A stretch of 64,000 nucleotides of DNA, from assembly GCF_006345805.1 (NCBI RefSeq), contig NC_042997.1, forward strand, positions 162,874,001 through 162,938,000, read 5' to 3'. This document shows positions 51,140 through 64,000 of this stretch, one piece after another. The notes under the pieces are model-generated. The model made no database searches. It saw only the letters and a list, made by a program, of their open reading frames with translations, and was not told the DNA's origin. The stretch is from Octopus sinensis (taxonomy: Eukaryota). Within the stretch, counting starts at the first letter, position 1, and every line of letters starts with the position of its first letter. Position numbers and translations under genes: made by a program.

Positions 51140-51660
51140 GGGCGCTACCCCAGGATGATAGCGAAGAAGACGCGCTGGAACAGCCACTCTGACTCTCGGA
51201 GCTTGCACTTGCGGACAGCAATCTCCGCCCCGATAACGGTGAGCAGGGATATGGTCCAGGAGCCAAGAACGCCAGAAGTCTCAGCTGCTACAGGCTCGAC
51301 CATAAATATGTCAGAAAGCGACCGATATTGTAACAGTTTTTTGTTTTTTGTTTTTTTTTTCTCAGCTTGACGAGCAGGAGAGCCTGGGTTGGAAGATGAC
51401 CACCCCAAGTTGCCGCTGGAGAAGATGTCACAGCATGTGTGTGACATCCCAGATGAGGATCCTACCGCCACGGAACGGAAAAATTGTCATACCGTTCGGC
51501 CTTTTACCGTCCCTTCGGTCTAGCCCTGCTGGCTCGAGCTTGGAATTGAAACCTGCGGCGTCTAGGCCATGCTTTTTATTGTATCAATATGCTCCTGTCT
51601 CTGTCCCGCAGACGTACTGTCTCATCATTCGGGCTATTCTATCCCTACTTCAATAGCCTC
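51140..51660 (-). mobile_element. CRE-clade non-LTR retrotransposon endonuclease (RLE) fragment
   Basis: Minus strand reads LEPAGLDRRDGKRPNGMTIFPFRGGRILIWDVT, then after a frameshift CCDIF..ARQAEKKK..YRSL..EPVAAETSGVLG..LFQRVFFAI. This fits the CRE pattern EP.GL...DGKRPDG.T..PW..G....WD.T / ETSG..G / L.QR.S.A. Confidence 0.75.
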
Positions 51661-51979
51661 TGTTCCTCCGAGATGATTGACTCCCTACCACAATAGCAAC
51701 GCCAGAATGTTTGCCCTAATCCTTGGACGAAACCAGGAAGAGAAAGAATCAAGCCGGTGGGCGAACTTAACACTTCTTCAAGCACATCTAGCGAGTAATG
51801 CACTTGTTAGTTGTAAACAAAGTCCTTGTTGCTTTTATTTAGATATGATACTTTCTTTATATCATACACATCGATATATACAAATATATGCGTCTACCAA
51901 ATTCACTCACAAGACTTTAGTCGGACCGTGGCTAAAGCAGCAGTCATTTGCCCGAAAGCGTGTGGTTGAGAAGTAAACT

Positions 51980-52023
<44 letters not shown>

Positions 52024-52024
52024 T

Positions 52025-52087
<63 letters not shown>
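51980..52087. repeat. (GATA)n microsatellite
   Basis: Directly visible. Confidence 0.95.
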
Positions 52088-52153
52088 TTAGTTGTCTATA
52101 GCTCTATGGATAAGAAAAAACAGGGGCTCATATTTGGTATATTATTATTAATA

Positions 52154-52548
52154 CTAGCAGTATCGCCCGGCGTTGCTCGGGTTTGTTTCGACCCTTTAGA
52201 ATTGGAATTTTTGAAAAGTAAAACTTTTGCATTATGTAGCTTGTTATTCTCTTTAAGTGAACATTTTTCTGGTTGAAATACACCGAAAAATGGCGACACA
52301 GCAGTCAAACAATCGTAAAAAAAATTGGGATTTACACAGAAAAAAAGCACCTTTTTGATGTAAATAAATTTTGGTGTTAACATGGTTCGATTTGAATTTT
52401 TTTCTTCTACGGAAGGAAGAGCAAGCCTTCTTCTATCATACTCTCAATTTTGGTCAACTTGCGCCGCAGGGTCTCAGAGGAGATAGTGTTAGTTGAAGGC
52501 TACCAAACCTGCCATACACAGGCAACTTCAGCTTTATATATATAGAGA
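52154..52548 (-). mobile_element. Non-autonomous Helitron
   Basis: Minus strand A|TCTCTATATATATAAAGCTG...CCCGAGCAACGCCGGGCGATACTGCTAG|T. The 3' end is identical to that of 18009-18521. Confidence 0.82.
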
Positions 52549-52659
52549 TAATGCAGTAGTATATTCTCATAATGACTAATTTACTAGTTGGTTTCATATC
52601 AGGAGCTTAAAAACCCTGGCAATCACCAGAAAAATCCTAAAGGAATGGTATCACGTAGG

Positions 52660-53880
52660 CGCTTTACTACTTGAGGCCACACCTTTCGACTCGGATTCGC
52701 TTTGGATTAAACGGAATGACCCTGATGGTTCCTTTGACGTAGCGATGGAAGCATTTGGTAGTGCTGATGTATGTGATCTTATATAGGCTTCTTTTTATTC
52801 TAGATATGCTCAACAAGAAATTCCCCTCAACTAGCTTTGGCCTCTATAGGGACAGTGCTTCTACATTATCGAGAGGGGCGAATGGCCACACACTCGATAG
52901 ACTTTAAAAAGAATCTAGCCCATGCCTTTAATTCTCTTGGGCTCAAGGCCACAAAAGAAACCAGTCTAAGAGTGGGTGATTTCCTGGGTGTGACACTAAA
53001 CTTAGACACTGGTACCAATAGACCCTTTTAGAAATCGAATGAGAGGTTGATATACATTAACAGGTTCCTACTATCCTGATACAAGGCGGCGAGCTGGCAG
53101 AAACGTTAGCACGCCGGGCGAAATGCTTAACAGTATTTTGTTTGTCGCTACGTTCTGTGTTCAAATTCCGCAGAGGTCGAATTTGCCTTTCATCCTTTCG
53201 GGGTCGATTAAATAAGTACCAGTTACGCACTGGAGTCGATATAATCGACTTAATCCGTTTGTCTGTCCTTGTTTGTCCTCTCTGTGTTTAGCCCCTTGTG
53301 GGTAGTAAAGAAATAGGTTCCTACTATCCTGCCATAGGGACTTTGTGAGGAGGAGTTACAGAAGAATCTCCAACCTATTTTTGAATAAGGATATTTTCAA
53401 TGCAGCAGCCCCGTACTACGAGACCTGAGCCGCCACTTCTTTTAAGGATAAGATTAGATATATGCCCGACCCTAACTCCACTAAGAGAAACGCCATCGAA
53501 AATTCATATGGTTTGCATCCCTATTTTCCCGAGACTTAAAACTTGTGTAGGCAGGGTCTTCCTTAGTTTAAGTCTTAAATGCTTTCCCCAAACACAAAGA
53601 TGCGGGAAAATATTTCATACATACACCTTGAGGATCTCTTTTAGCTGAGCTCTGGGCATAAAAAATATTACCAAGCAGGTCCAACCCTCAAACAGAGACA
53701 AGCTGCACATACAGAAGTAACACTACATGTCCACTTAACAACTATTGCAATACAGAAACCGTTGTGTATGAGGCGATGCTAGCGTTAAAGGATTCTAATG
53801 GAGCTACGGACATGCGGAAGTATGCTGGCGCAATAAAGGGTCCCTTAAGAATCACATTCGTGGGTCACACGTATTTGCTT
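52660..53880 (+). mobile_element. Highly degenerate Penelope-like element RT fragment (second lineage)
   Basis: SFDVAMEAFGSADVCDL, GLYRDS (cf. GLYRDDG), DFLGVTLNLDTGTNRPF*KSNE.LIYIN and KT.VGRVFL..KCFP..KIF..TLRISFS. Split by a SINE. Confidence 0.75.
53079..53314 (+). mobile_element. SINE family A monomer with a 17-bp TSD
   Basis: TSD AGGTTCCTACTATCCTG at 53062-53078 and 53315-53331. Confidence 0.9.
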
Positions 53881-54651
53881 GATATCCAAGAGTGAGGTAC
53901 TCAATAAGCCAATAAGATCACAAGTCGACGGCAAAGCCTTTACATGGTTCTTCGACTTGCTAAAAAGAGCAGTCAAAATTTCTTCAAAGCAAACTTGTAC
54001 TGTCTTAAATAAGGTATAGTACGATGACGTACGGTGCCAGGGAAAAAAAAAGAGGAAGAAACGAGATAGTCATGGTTGGATTGCTTTTGACCATAGGGTT
54101 GCTTAATCAATAAACTAAACAATAATAAGAACAAATATGTTAATCTGCTTCCCTTTCAAATCTGATTTTCTTTCTGATTACAAAAAAAAAAAATTAGATC
54201 TATGTTATAGTTAATGGTTATTTCATGCGAAACAATGCGATGGAAAAATAAACAGAACAAGCGTAAAACAATGAAAATAAACTCGAAAATCAGGAAATTT
54301 ACTATCCTACTAATTTGATACCCCATCACTTTACTTATATGTCCCACTAATTTTGAATGTGCTTTGATTAGAAGAATAAAATATGATTAGGAAAAGTACA
54401 GGAGCGAAACGATATCACAGTATTAGGAGAACAAATAAAAAATTAGGAAAGTTTTAAAAAATAAATAAGGCTAACATACGATACTGAACACACACACTCA
54501 CACATACACACACACACACATATATATATACATACGTACATTCATACATATATACATACATATATTCATACATATATACATATACATACATATATTCATA
54601 CATATATACATACATATATTCATACATATATACATATACATACATACATAC

Positions 54652-54715
<64 letters not shown>

Positions 54716-54891
54716 CATATTATATACATGAGAACATGTATATACATATGTGTATGTATACATATAGGATCATGCACACACACGTGTGTGTGTGTGTATG
54801 TACTCATACACAACCTTAATTTTTCCTTCCGAAGACCTTTATTTTTCCATTCCGAAGATTTATATATGCACACACACACACACACACACAT

Positions 54892-54938
<47 letters not shown>

Positions 54939-54949
54939 ACACACACACA

Positions 54950-54997
<48 letters not shown>

Positions 54998-55433
54998 ATA
55001 TGAAACGGTAGATTATGCATGAAAGACTTTCTCCGAAGAAATCATGAGATTCCTGAATTCACCAAATTTGTATGAGAAGAAAGAAGAATCCTGACGTGGA
55101 TGAGACAAGAACCTTGATATGGGAAGAAGATAAGAATGGCGACGCAAATCCCTACTTTTTTAAAATCGATATTTATGAAGCGCGAGTTCCTAGTTTCAAG
55201 TCTTGAACTATATCTCGAATTCTTAGATTTAGGTCTGTTTTTTTTTTTGTTTTTTTTGGCTTTTCGGGTCAATGTTACATGGCGTGTCTTGGACGACAGC
55301 ACTTAATGTGTCCTTGCTATTTTTAAAACGACGGGATTGGTACGAAGGAGAGCTGTTTGTTATTTCAAGCAAGTCAAGCAACGAGGTAGACGCTCCTTTG
55401 TTGGCTCGTAGTTGTGTGTGTGTGTGTGTGTGT

Positions 55434-55476
<43 letters not shown>

Positions 55477-56081
55477 GTTGTGTGTGTGTGTGCTTGTCAC
55501 CGCTGGATTTAAACTCTTTAAAATAGCAGACACAACTCCTTCATATCATACACAACCGTCTTAGAAAAAGGAAGGACAAGTTCGATAATGAGGTCCTATA
55601 AACATTATTACTGACGAAAAAGACGGGACAGTCATTGCTAGAATGCATTTAGTTACATAGCTACCCGATTTTGTCTAATACTAAACACTAACAAAACACG
55701 TAACCATCTTTCTTTTCCTGTACGGACGTTCAAAAGACTGGACGCTTTATTTCTCTCTCCTGTCTTTTTACTTTTCAAAGAAAATATTTCTCCCAGCGTT
55801 CACTATTTTCCTCTTGTCCTGGTCTAACGATGTTTGTTTTCGTTCGGTTTCCTTGTATGTCTCCACTGTCCTGTTTTGTTCCCAACTTTGACCCTCCATA
55901 AATCCTAAAGTTTATTTTAGAATATATGGGAGCAACTGTATTTGAAGTCTCATACTGTCGTTGAATGCTCGAAATGAGGAGCCGACAACTGATGAAGGTT
56001 CCCTTCTTTGTGTTTAATTGTCCTGTTTTTACTTATTTCATGCTGTTTGCACAGATGGTGATGTCCTGTACCCATACATGC

Positions 56082-56136
<55 letters not shown>

Positions 56137-56282
56137 GTGTGTGTGTGTGTGTATGTGTGTATTTGTATGTGTGTGCGTGAGTATGTATTATTTATTATTA
56201 TTATTAGTTAATTGAACGCCACGCATCCATTTCCAAGTAAGTATATGTATATATACATATTTATGTATATATACATATCTAA

Positions 56283-56370
<88 letters not shown>

Positions 56371-56617
56371 ATGTATATATAATAAATAATATATATGCAT
56401 ATACATAAGCATATATGGGCACAGGACGTCACAGAACGTAACCAACATGAAATACGATAACATTAACAACGAAAGAAACAAATGGAAAACAAGACAAGCA
56501 ACATAAAAAAACTACCTTTCATCAGTTGTCGGTTGTTTTCTACTCCGTATTTCGAGCATATATATATATATGTGTGTGTGTGTCTATGTATGTACATATG
56601 TACGCACATATATATAT

Positions 56618-57120
56618 ACAACTTATAAACAAGGGCAAAAGAAAAAAAATTCGAATGCCAAATATGCCGAAAATAGACACTTCGTCAATAACCATATAAT
56701 TTATCACTATAAGTACGTGTCTCGAAGAAAGCCGACAGAAATTTCTAAAAAATTCTGTTATTACCATATCGGACCCGATTTCAGAGTTAATTTATAAGAA
56801 TCTTCTCTTCATCAGTGATAAATGCGGCAAAGAAATAAATGAAATACCAACTTATACCCATGGAAGCAGCAAACACCACGTCATGAGCAGACCTAAGTAC
56901 CCCAAATATATCCAAAATAGAAATTCTCCAGCACATCTCGAGACATGAGCGATTCGAACTGAAAACTCTCACAGAGTGAGGGAGTCTGGAAGTGAACACT
57001 ATTAAATTTACATCTAATATAGGATAAAATATTTCGAAAACAATTCTATCAATGGACAGCATATTAAAAAATACCTTTAAAGGTTAAATTTATAAACAAC
57101 TTATAAACAAGGGCAAAAGA
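56618..57120 (-). mobile_element. ~500-bp (TA)n-flanked element with a terminal direct repeat and an internal hammerhead
   Basis: ACAACTTATAAACAAGGGCAAAAGA occurs at both ends (~56618 and ~57096). HHR at 56761-56821. Confidence 0.65.
56761..56821 (-). ncRNA. Type-I hammerhead ribozyme motif
   Basis: Minus strand: TTATCA CTGATGA AGAG-(18-nt loop)-CTCT GAAA TCG-GGTC-CGA TA TGGTAA. 6-bp stem I with one G-U; AUA triplet. Confidence 0.8.
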
Positions 57121-57774
57121 TATATATATATGTGTGTGTGTGTGTATGCATACATATATATATATATACACACATATATATATAAATATGCATATATATA
57201 TATGTATATATACATACATATACATACACCAATATACACACACATATTTATATATTTGTGTGTGTGTGGTTGCATATTTCTGTCCGTATTTGTTTTCTCT
57301 ACCACTTGGTATCTGGTGCTGGTTTGTTTATGTTTCAGTAATTTAATGGTTCGTCAAAAGATATAATAAGTATCAAATTAGTGTGGTGGGGGAGCAATTC
57401 ATTTACCTAACCCAGGGTCCATATAGGCCTTGGTGGTGGGGGTCCATATGGGCCTTGGTGGTGGGGGTCTATATAAGATTTTGTTGTTAAAGTTTATGCA
57501 CAATAAACTGGCTATACTTTTACAATACACAAAATATTTAAACAATTTTAAAATCGAATTCCTAATAAATTTAATAGTAAAAATATAATAGGAGTTTTTA
57601 GACAACGAAAGGCTATGAGGGTCTCCTTCCTCTGAGTAAAAGAGGAATCAAAGGGATCCGTAGGGTAAAAATGGTTGAGAATCACTGACCTATCCTTAAA
57701 ACAAATAAAAGATAAGATGAAAAAACCCAGTCATTTTGTAGGCACTAGTTACTACCTGTAACTTAGGTGTCAAC

Positions 57775-58945
57775 AATCTTTCAATAGTTTTTCAAGTGCT
57801 CATGACCCTCCTGATAATCTTTCCTGGCCCTAAGAGGCAAATTTTCTGTATAAAGTCTACAAGGCATTCTATTCCAATCTCCTTCAGCCATTTGTCTATA
57901 TCTTCGCTTACAGTTCCAAATGCACCAGTTATTATAGGCACAACCTTCACAATATTCATATTCCAAATTCTTGCAATTATTGCTTAAATGACATTTAAGG
58001 GATTATAAATTCTTGCATTTATTGTTTCAATAACATTTAAGGGATCGTATTTCTTTTTCGTCTTTTTTCTTTGCGATTTTGGAATCAAACGGACATGATG
58101 GATCAATTAGTAGGCAACTTCGCTTTCTCTTGTCTATTATTGTTATATCTGGTCTATTATTTTCTAGCTTCTTATCCTATTGAATATGAAAGTCCCACAG
58201 AATCTTACAAATTCTCCGACCCCAGCACTCCTTCGACCCGATGTTCATACCATGTGTTTCTAGCTTCAAATCCTTATTTCTGGCAAAGCTTCCAGTGTAA
58301 AACTTTTACAACTTGGTCATGCGTCTATTTCTGCTATTCTGCTATGTCTGCCAGTATAGTACTCTCAGTCTCTTTTTTTTTTCCAGTGTTCCTTTCATCA
58401 GCCAATCCCACATATTTTTTCCAGCAACTTCTGTTGTGGCTACATGGAATTGATTGTGTAGTCCCTTCTTGCGTTATTCTTCTTCATGTCCTTTTTGTAT
58501 TTCTTTTATTTTTCCTATTTTCTCTGCTCTTAATACTCCCTCGTTCCTAATTGTCACTAGCAAGGTTTCTTTATTTTGGGCTGGGTATCTCATTAAGTTC
58601 TCGAGTTCGATATGCGCACAGTCTTCCACACTTACCAATCCTCTTCTTCTATTTGCTCTCTTCGTGTATAGGCAATCAGTGTCTTCACGTGGATGATGGG
58701 CTCCATGCATCGTTAGGAACTTTATTGACTTCCTGGTCATCTCCTTTAGCTCCTCTTCTGTCCACTTCGAGATTCCAGTGCCATACCGAACTACTGCGAC
58801 TGCGCACGAGTTTATTGCCGAAATCATGTTTCTGATATTCAGCTTTGAAGCCAATATTTTTCTCACTCGCCTTAAGTCTTTAGTTTCATGTCGTGGTGCT
58901 TGATTTCACCTACCTCAAGTATTCCCAGGTATTTATAGGTCGTCC
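57775..58945 (-). mobile_element. Degenerate R4/Dong-like LINE 3' half
   Basis: ORF 58474..58866 reads RKILASKLNIRNMISAINSCAVAVVRYG..WTEEEL..HGAHHP..D.LY.KR..GRGLVSVED-like. RLE remnants lie downstream. Confidence 0.8.
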
Positions 58946-58987
58946 ATGAATAGCAAGTGGTTTAGTTTTCTCTTACCTCTTCCCAGA

Positions 58988-59052
<65 letters not shown>

Positions 59053-59055
<3 letters not shown>

Positions 59056-59425
59056 TAGTTTTATTTTTATAGCGTGCTTTCACTTCACTACCGAGCGCAG
59101 CTCTTTGTGCCTTGGGTATGTGCTGTGGTTTGTTGTGATGCTCTTATGGTTACTGTATTGAGAGTGTTTTGCGTAGGATGTGTGCAGTGCCCAGTAGTGC
59201 AATTTTCTGTATGTTATATATATTTGTAAGTCCTGGTGTTTTTGTTATGTATTTGTCTGAATATTTTTTATCATGCCTAATGCGCCTACTATAATAGGAA
59301 TTGTTTCTGTTTTTAGATTTCACATTCGAGTTACCTCTATTTCCAGTTCTTTGTATTTTGAAAGTTTCTCCATTTCTTTTAGAGAAACGTTGTCATCTGC
59401 TGGTATTGATACATCAATTATAAAG
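59053..59425 (-). mobile_element. R4/Dong-type LINE 3' end between (TTA)n tracts
   Basis: Minus strand reads CFIIDVSIPADDNVSLKEMEKLSKYKELEIEVTRMWNLKTETIPIIVGALG..LLGTAHILRKTL. Confidence 0.88.
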
Positions 59426-59449
59426 CATTTTATTATTATTATTATTATT

Positions 59450-62004
59450 GTTATTTTTTTTCTTTCAAATTTTCTTCCATTTCTTGCCGAGTGTCTTCCC
59501 GACTCCTAGGGCAAAGAAACTCATAGTGTATATTGGTAGGCCATTAAACCAAACTCAGTAGTTCGTTCTTTTTTTTTTTTTTTTTTAAGTTAAATTAAAA
59601 TTAAAATACATGAGCAGCAACAGTTCTCACATCGACAATGCTCTTCTCAATACGTGTGATGTACCAGTTAAGACAATCTTTTGCACTTCTTGCAGGGATG
59701 GTAAGCCAGGGATCATTCTCATATAATTTTCGGTTCCCTTCTTGATCATCCTAGTTCTCCTACGATCACTGGTATTGTAACCGCCTTGAGATGCCACATT
59801 TTCTCAATTTCAATGAGTAGGTCTTTATATTTTCTGAGCTTGTCAAACTCTTTCGCTGAGATATTATGATCACAGGGGATGCTCATGTCGATCAATAAGC
59901 AAACTTTATTGTTTTGGTCTTTCACAACAATATCTGGTTTATTGGCCTTGATGGTTCGGTCTGTATGTACTGGAAAGTCCCACAGAATGGTTACATTTTC
60001 TCCTTCAGTTACAGCCTCAGGGTGGTGATTATACCACTTGTCGGCAGTTTTGATATTGTAATGCCGACTTATTAGCCAGTGGAGATATTGGCCAACTCTG
60101 TCATGTCTTAATTTATACTCCACTGGTGCTAAGACTTTACATCCAGAGATTAGGTGGTCCACTGTTTCAATCATGTCGTTGCAGAATCGGCATTTTGGGT
60201 CTGCTCCATTTTCATCACATTGGCCTGGTAGTCCGGGTTAATAGGCTTTGGTCTTGAGCAGCCAGGATGAAACCTTCGCTCTCTGCTTTTAGCCCTGAGC
60301 TCCGCAGCCACTGATGGGTTTGCTTCTGGTCAACATCAGCTTGTTTGCTGCGGGTCACATATTTGGCCGTGCAGAGGTTTCTCCTCCCACCTATCAGCCA
60401 ATTGCTCGTGCGCTTTTTTCATTGCCATCATTTTCACCTTCTTTGCAACAATAGTTGCCGTACTTCCCTCGGGTTGTTCAGTTTGGGTATCCTGCACGAG
60501 ATCAATAGCAAATGTTTTGCTTTCCTTGATGATAGAATGAAGCTTCTTTCGTCTTTCGTGATTTTCCACGAGCTTTAGCATCCAGTCATTCGATATTTCG
60601 AGATATTTGGCCAGTCCAATTGTGGTTGTTTGTAAGCTAGTTCAAATTGGATCAGGCCTCGACCTCCTTGGGCTCTGGGAAGGTAAAGGCGATTTACGTC
60701 TGCCTTTGGGTGGTGCATCCTATTACAACTCAGCAGCTTGCGTATTTTTCTATCTATATTCTTACTTCACTCATATTCCAGTTCAACACATTGTAGCTAT
60801 AAGTAACAACTGGAACTGCTAAGGAATTTATAGCTAACACTTGTTACGTGCATTTAGTTCAGATTTCAGGACTGCACGAACTCTCCTATAACATTCCTTC
60901 CTGATTTCTCTTTCATGCTTGCATGCTGAATACCAGAGCCTTCATTTATCCCTAAATATTTGTATGTCTGTTCTTGCTCAAGCTCTTATGACTGTGTCAA
61001 CATCTAACACGACTGAATTGTGGTCTTCACTTCCCTTTCTGGAAAGTGGCCTTGGCACACTTCTCAAGTCCAAACTCCATCCCGATGTCATCGCTGAATG
61101 CTTTCACGGTGCGCAATAGGCATTCAAGTTCATTATTGTCTTTACCATAAAGTTTTAAGTCATCCATATAAAATAAATGGCTTATTTTTTTATTGGCAAT
61201 TTTATACCCATACCCTGTTCTGTTTAATTCACTTGTAAGGGGTATTAGGGCTATGCAGAATATTAAAGATGAAAGTGAGTCACCTTGAAAAATTCCACAG
61301 TTGATGTTTATGTTTTCTGAGGCAAGTACTCCATTAGAGTAGTATAATTGGAGATTCGTATTCCACAACGACATATTGTGCTTCAGGAAGTTTGAAATCA
61401 CAGGGGAAATTTTAAAGATGTCCAGCGATCTCAAGATCCATGGATGCGGTATACTGTCGAAGGCCTTTTTATAGTCAATCCATGCGGTGCTGAGATTTCT
61501 GCGCTTGTTGTGACAGTCTCAAGGATCATACGATTGATTAGCAGTTGATCTTTGCATCCGTAAGAGCCTCGGCGGCACCCTTTTTGTTCAATGGGGAAAA
61601 TATCGTTCTTCTCCATGAATGCATATGTTTTCTCCGCCAGGATAGATGTTAGGATTTTATACGTGGTGGATAGACAGGTTATAGGCCGATAGTTTTTTGG
61701 AAGGTTGGTTTCGTTATTCTTTGGGAGTAGGTAAGTAATGCCACTTGCTAACCATTCAGGTGTTTTCTTTGGGTCTCTCAAAATTCCATTGAGCAGCTGA
61801 ACTAGCTTACCGTGTGCGCACGGGAGCGATGCGAGCCAGAAATTCGGCACCCTATCTTTACCGGGGGATTTCCAATTATGGGCCTTCGTGAGTGCCTTTC
61901 TTAGGTCTGCTATTGTGATGTCTTCCCATGCTTGTTGTTGTAAATTTTGGTAGGATCCTTCAGTTTGTATAATCCAGTCTGCATTTATGTTGTACGTCTT
62001 CTTG

Positions 62005-62006
<2 letters not shown>
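59450..62006 (-). mobile_element. 5'-truncated R4/Dong-type LINE (RT + CCHC + RLE), frameshifted
   Basis: WKSPGKDRVPNFWL, NYRPITCL, EQKGCRRGSYGCKDQL, GIFQGDSLS, HLFYMDDLKLY, CRFC..ETVDHLISGC..RHD and KPDIVV..LLIDMSIP. Flanked by TTA repeats. Confidence 0.94.
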
Positions 62007-62045
<39 letters not shown>

Positions 62046-62589
62046 GAGTGAGCGAGCAGAGCATGCCACCAAAGTGACACTGGGGTAAAATATACGAAGC
62101 CCAGTATACCCATCATGACTACCCGTCTGATAAGGGTACACCAGGCACATGCATCACAACCATATGTGCGCGACATGGTGATCTCATATCAAGATAAACA
62201 GCACATGACCTTGCAGTGGAGCCCAGTTAGAATTTTCTTCAGATCGAGTAACCCATCCCGCTCAAAAGGTCCCTGAATAGGGTTGTTTAAGGACGTTGAA
62301 CGAAACACCCATGTTTCCAGAGGTGAATTATTCAAACCCCAAAGAATCCTTCTCAACACATGGCTATGATGCTCCCCCACTACTTCTGCTCGTGATCAGA
62401 GATGCACATATCGTCAGCCACTAAGGGACATGCTCAACTGGTTAAGGTCAAACAACTGACAAGCAAATCTGTGGTATTGAGCAGAATATTTGCTGTAGCC
62501 CATCTTTTATACCAAGACAAAACAATGTACATGATAACACTTCCAATCAGTTAAGATCAGAAGCCATGAGAGCCACTGCCTGGTACTGC
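62046..62589 (-). mobile_element. ~550-bp non-coding repeat inserted in (TTA)n (copy 2)
   Basis: Paralogue of 6269-6822. Confidence 0.85.
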
Positions 62590-62591
62590 TA

Positions 62592-62639
<48 letters not shown>

Positions 62640-62644
<5 letters not shown>

Positions 62645-62862
62645 CGTTTTGTTGGAACTCCTAGAGTCTTGCATGCGTAGTGGGCTTGCTGCCTACAAAC
62701 TACGGTACCATTCTATCAGTTCTTTTCAACTGTCTAATACTTTCCTGATTATTCTGACAATGCCAAGGAAGCAAACCTTTTGTAACAGTTCTACTGGACA
62801 CTCTAATCCGATTTCCTTTATCTTCTTCTTGATGTCTTTTGATACTGTCCCCAAGGACCCAT
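62640..62862 (-). mobile_element. R4/Dong-like LINE extreme 3' end
   Basis: Minus strand reads GSLGTVSKDIKKKIKEIGLECPVELLQKVCFLGIVRIIRKVLDS*, then UTR and (TAA)n. Confidence 0.75.
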
Positions 62863-63433
62863 ATTATTATCATCATCATCATCATCATCATCAGTAGTAG
62901 TAGTAGTAGTAGAGGCAGTATACACATACGACGACCTTCCATACAGTTTCTGTCTACCGAATTCACACACAAGATATTAATTGGCCCAAGGCTTTAGTAG
63001 AAGACACTTACCAAAGGTGCCGCGCAGAGGTACTGAACCCGATACCACATGGCTGCAAAGTAAATTTCTTAACCACACCGCCATTCTTGCACCTGGTGTG
63101 AGAAAATTACTAACAACCAACTGATATGCTAATTAGTCAAAGCCAAGTGTATCAGTATACTAAAAAGATACGTTCCAATTTTAGTGAAAGTTAGTAAAAC
63201 CGCTAGTCACATGACTGATTCCAAGCAGGCGTGGAAGTCTGTACAAGAGTGTTGATTGAGCCCTAAGAATAATTCCCTCCTTCTAGAAATATTTGCCCAT
63301 TGTTTCTCCTTTTTCTTCCTTTCTTTCTTCCTCTTTATTTTTATTTTATTTTTTTGCCTTTTGTTTTTGTTTCGTTTTCCTTTTTGTGCATGCTGACAGT
63401 TTTTATATATATTTATATATGTATGTATGTATA

Positions 63434-63504
<71 letters not shown>

Positions 63505-63760
63505 GCACACACATATCTTTATTTCATCTTCTTGTGACTTTCTCTTTCTCTTACTTTCACTTTCATATTGCATTTTATCGTGTGTGTGTGGTGTGTGTGT
63601 GTGTGTGTTTATTTTTGTTCGTTTTCTTCATCAGCGTTCGCATGGGAGGAGAATGAACTAGAAAAATGGATACCGTTCTCTTTTGATTCTTTCGCAGCTA
63701 ATTAAGAACTTGGCGGAGATAATTTTTTTCTTTCCATATTCTTTATCATTATTATTATTA

Positions 63761-63807
<47 letters not shown>

Positions 63808-64000
63808 TTATTATTATCATTATTGTTATCATTAGTATTAATGTCTATTTTCTTGAAATATTTCAAGGATTGTTTCAAAACCCTTATTTTAATGATGTTC
63901 AACATTCCAAATATTGCAACTATGTTACAACTGGAAAAAGAGAATTTTTAAGACGTGTCTTCTGCTTTCTTCTTGTATTTTTGATTGCTGTTTTCTATAT

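Noticed and set aside
57375-57690. Possible hAT-type MITE (GGTTGAGAATCACTG end)
   Set aside because: Only one TIR-like end seen; no matching partner or 8-bp TSD.

Overview
AT-rich, microsatellite-saturated eukaryotic DNA. Its SINE families and (TA)n/(TAA)n/(CA)n load look like a cephalopod (Octopus-type) genome; that assignment is inference. I recognise no host protein-coding exon, and nearly all long ORFs are microsatellite translations or transposon remnants. Recognisable elements are RTE, R4/Dong, CRE and L1/Tx1-like non-LTR retrotransposon fragments, two Penelope-like elements, mariner/Tc1/Tigger remnants, two non-autonomous Helitrons, several tRNA-derived SINE families, a 1.43-kb tandem duplication and a 100-N gap. 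The most striking unannotated signal, found by eye, is a dense set of type-I hammerhead ribozyme (HHR) motifs from several unrelated sequence families. Three are essentially complete (43707-43782 +, 56761-56821 -, 36389-36450 -). Others occur as head-to-head palindromic pairs with an HHR-like motif on each strand (1393-1551, 33871-34068). One sits in a Penelope terminal repeat that also carries a tRNA-like Pol III head and a (TAA)n tract, and that tract acts as a landing pad for Dong-type elements. All folds are by-eye and untested.
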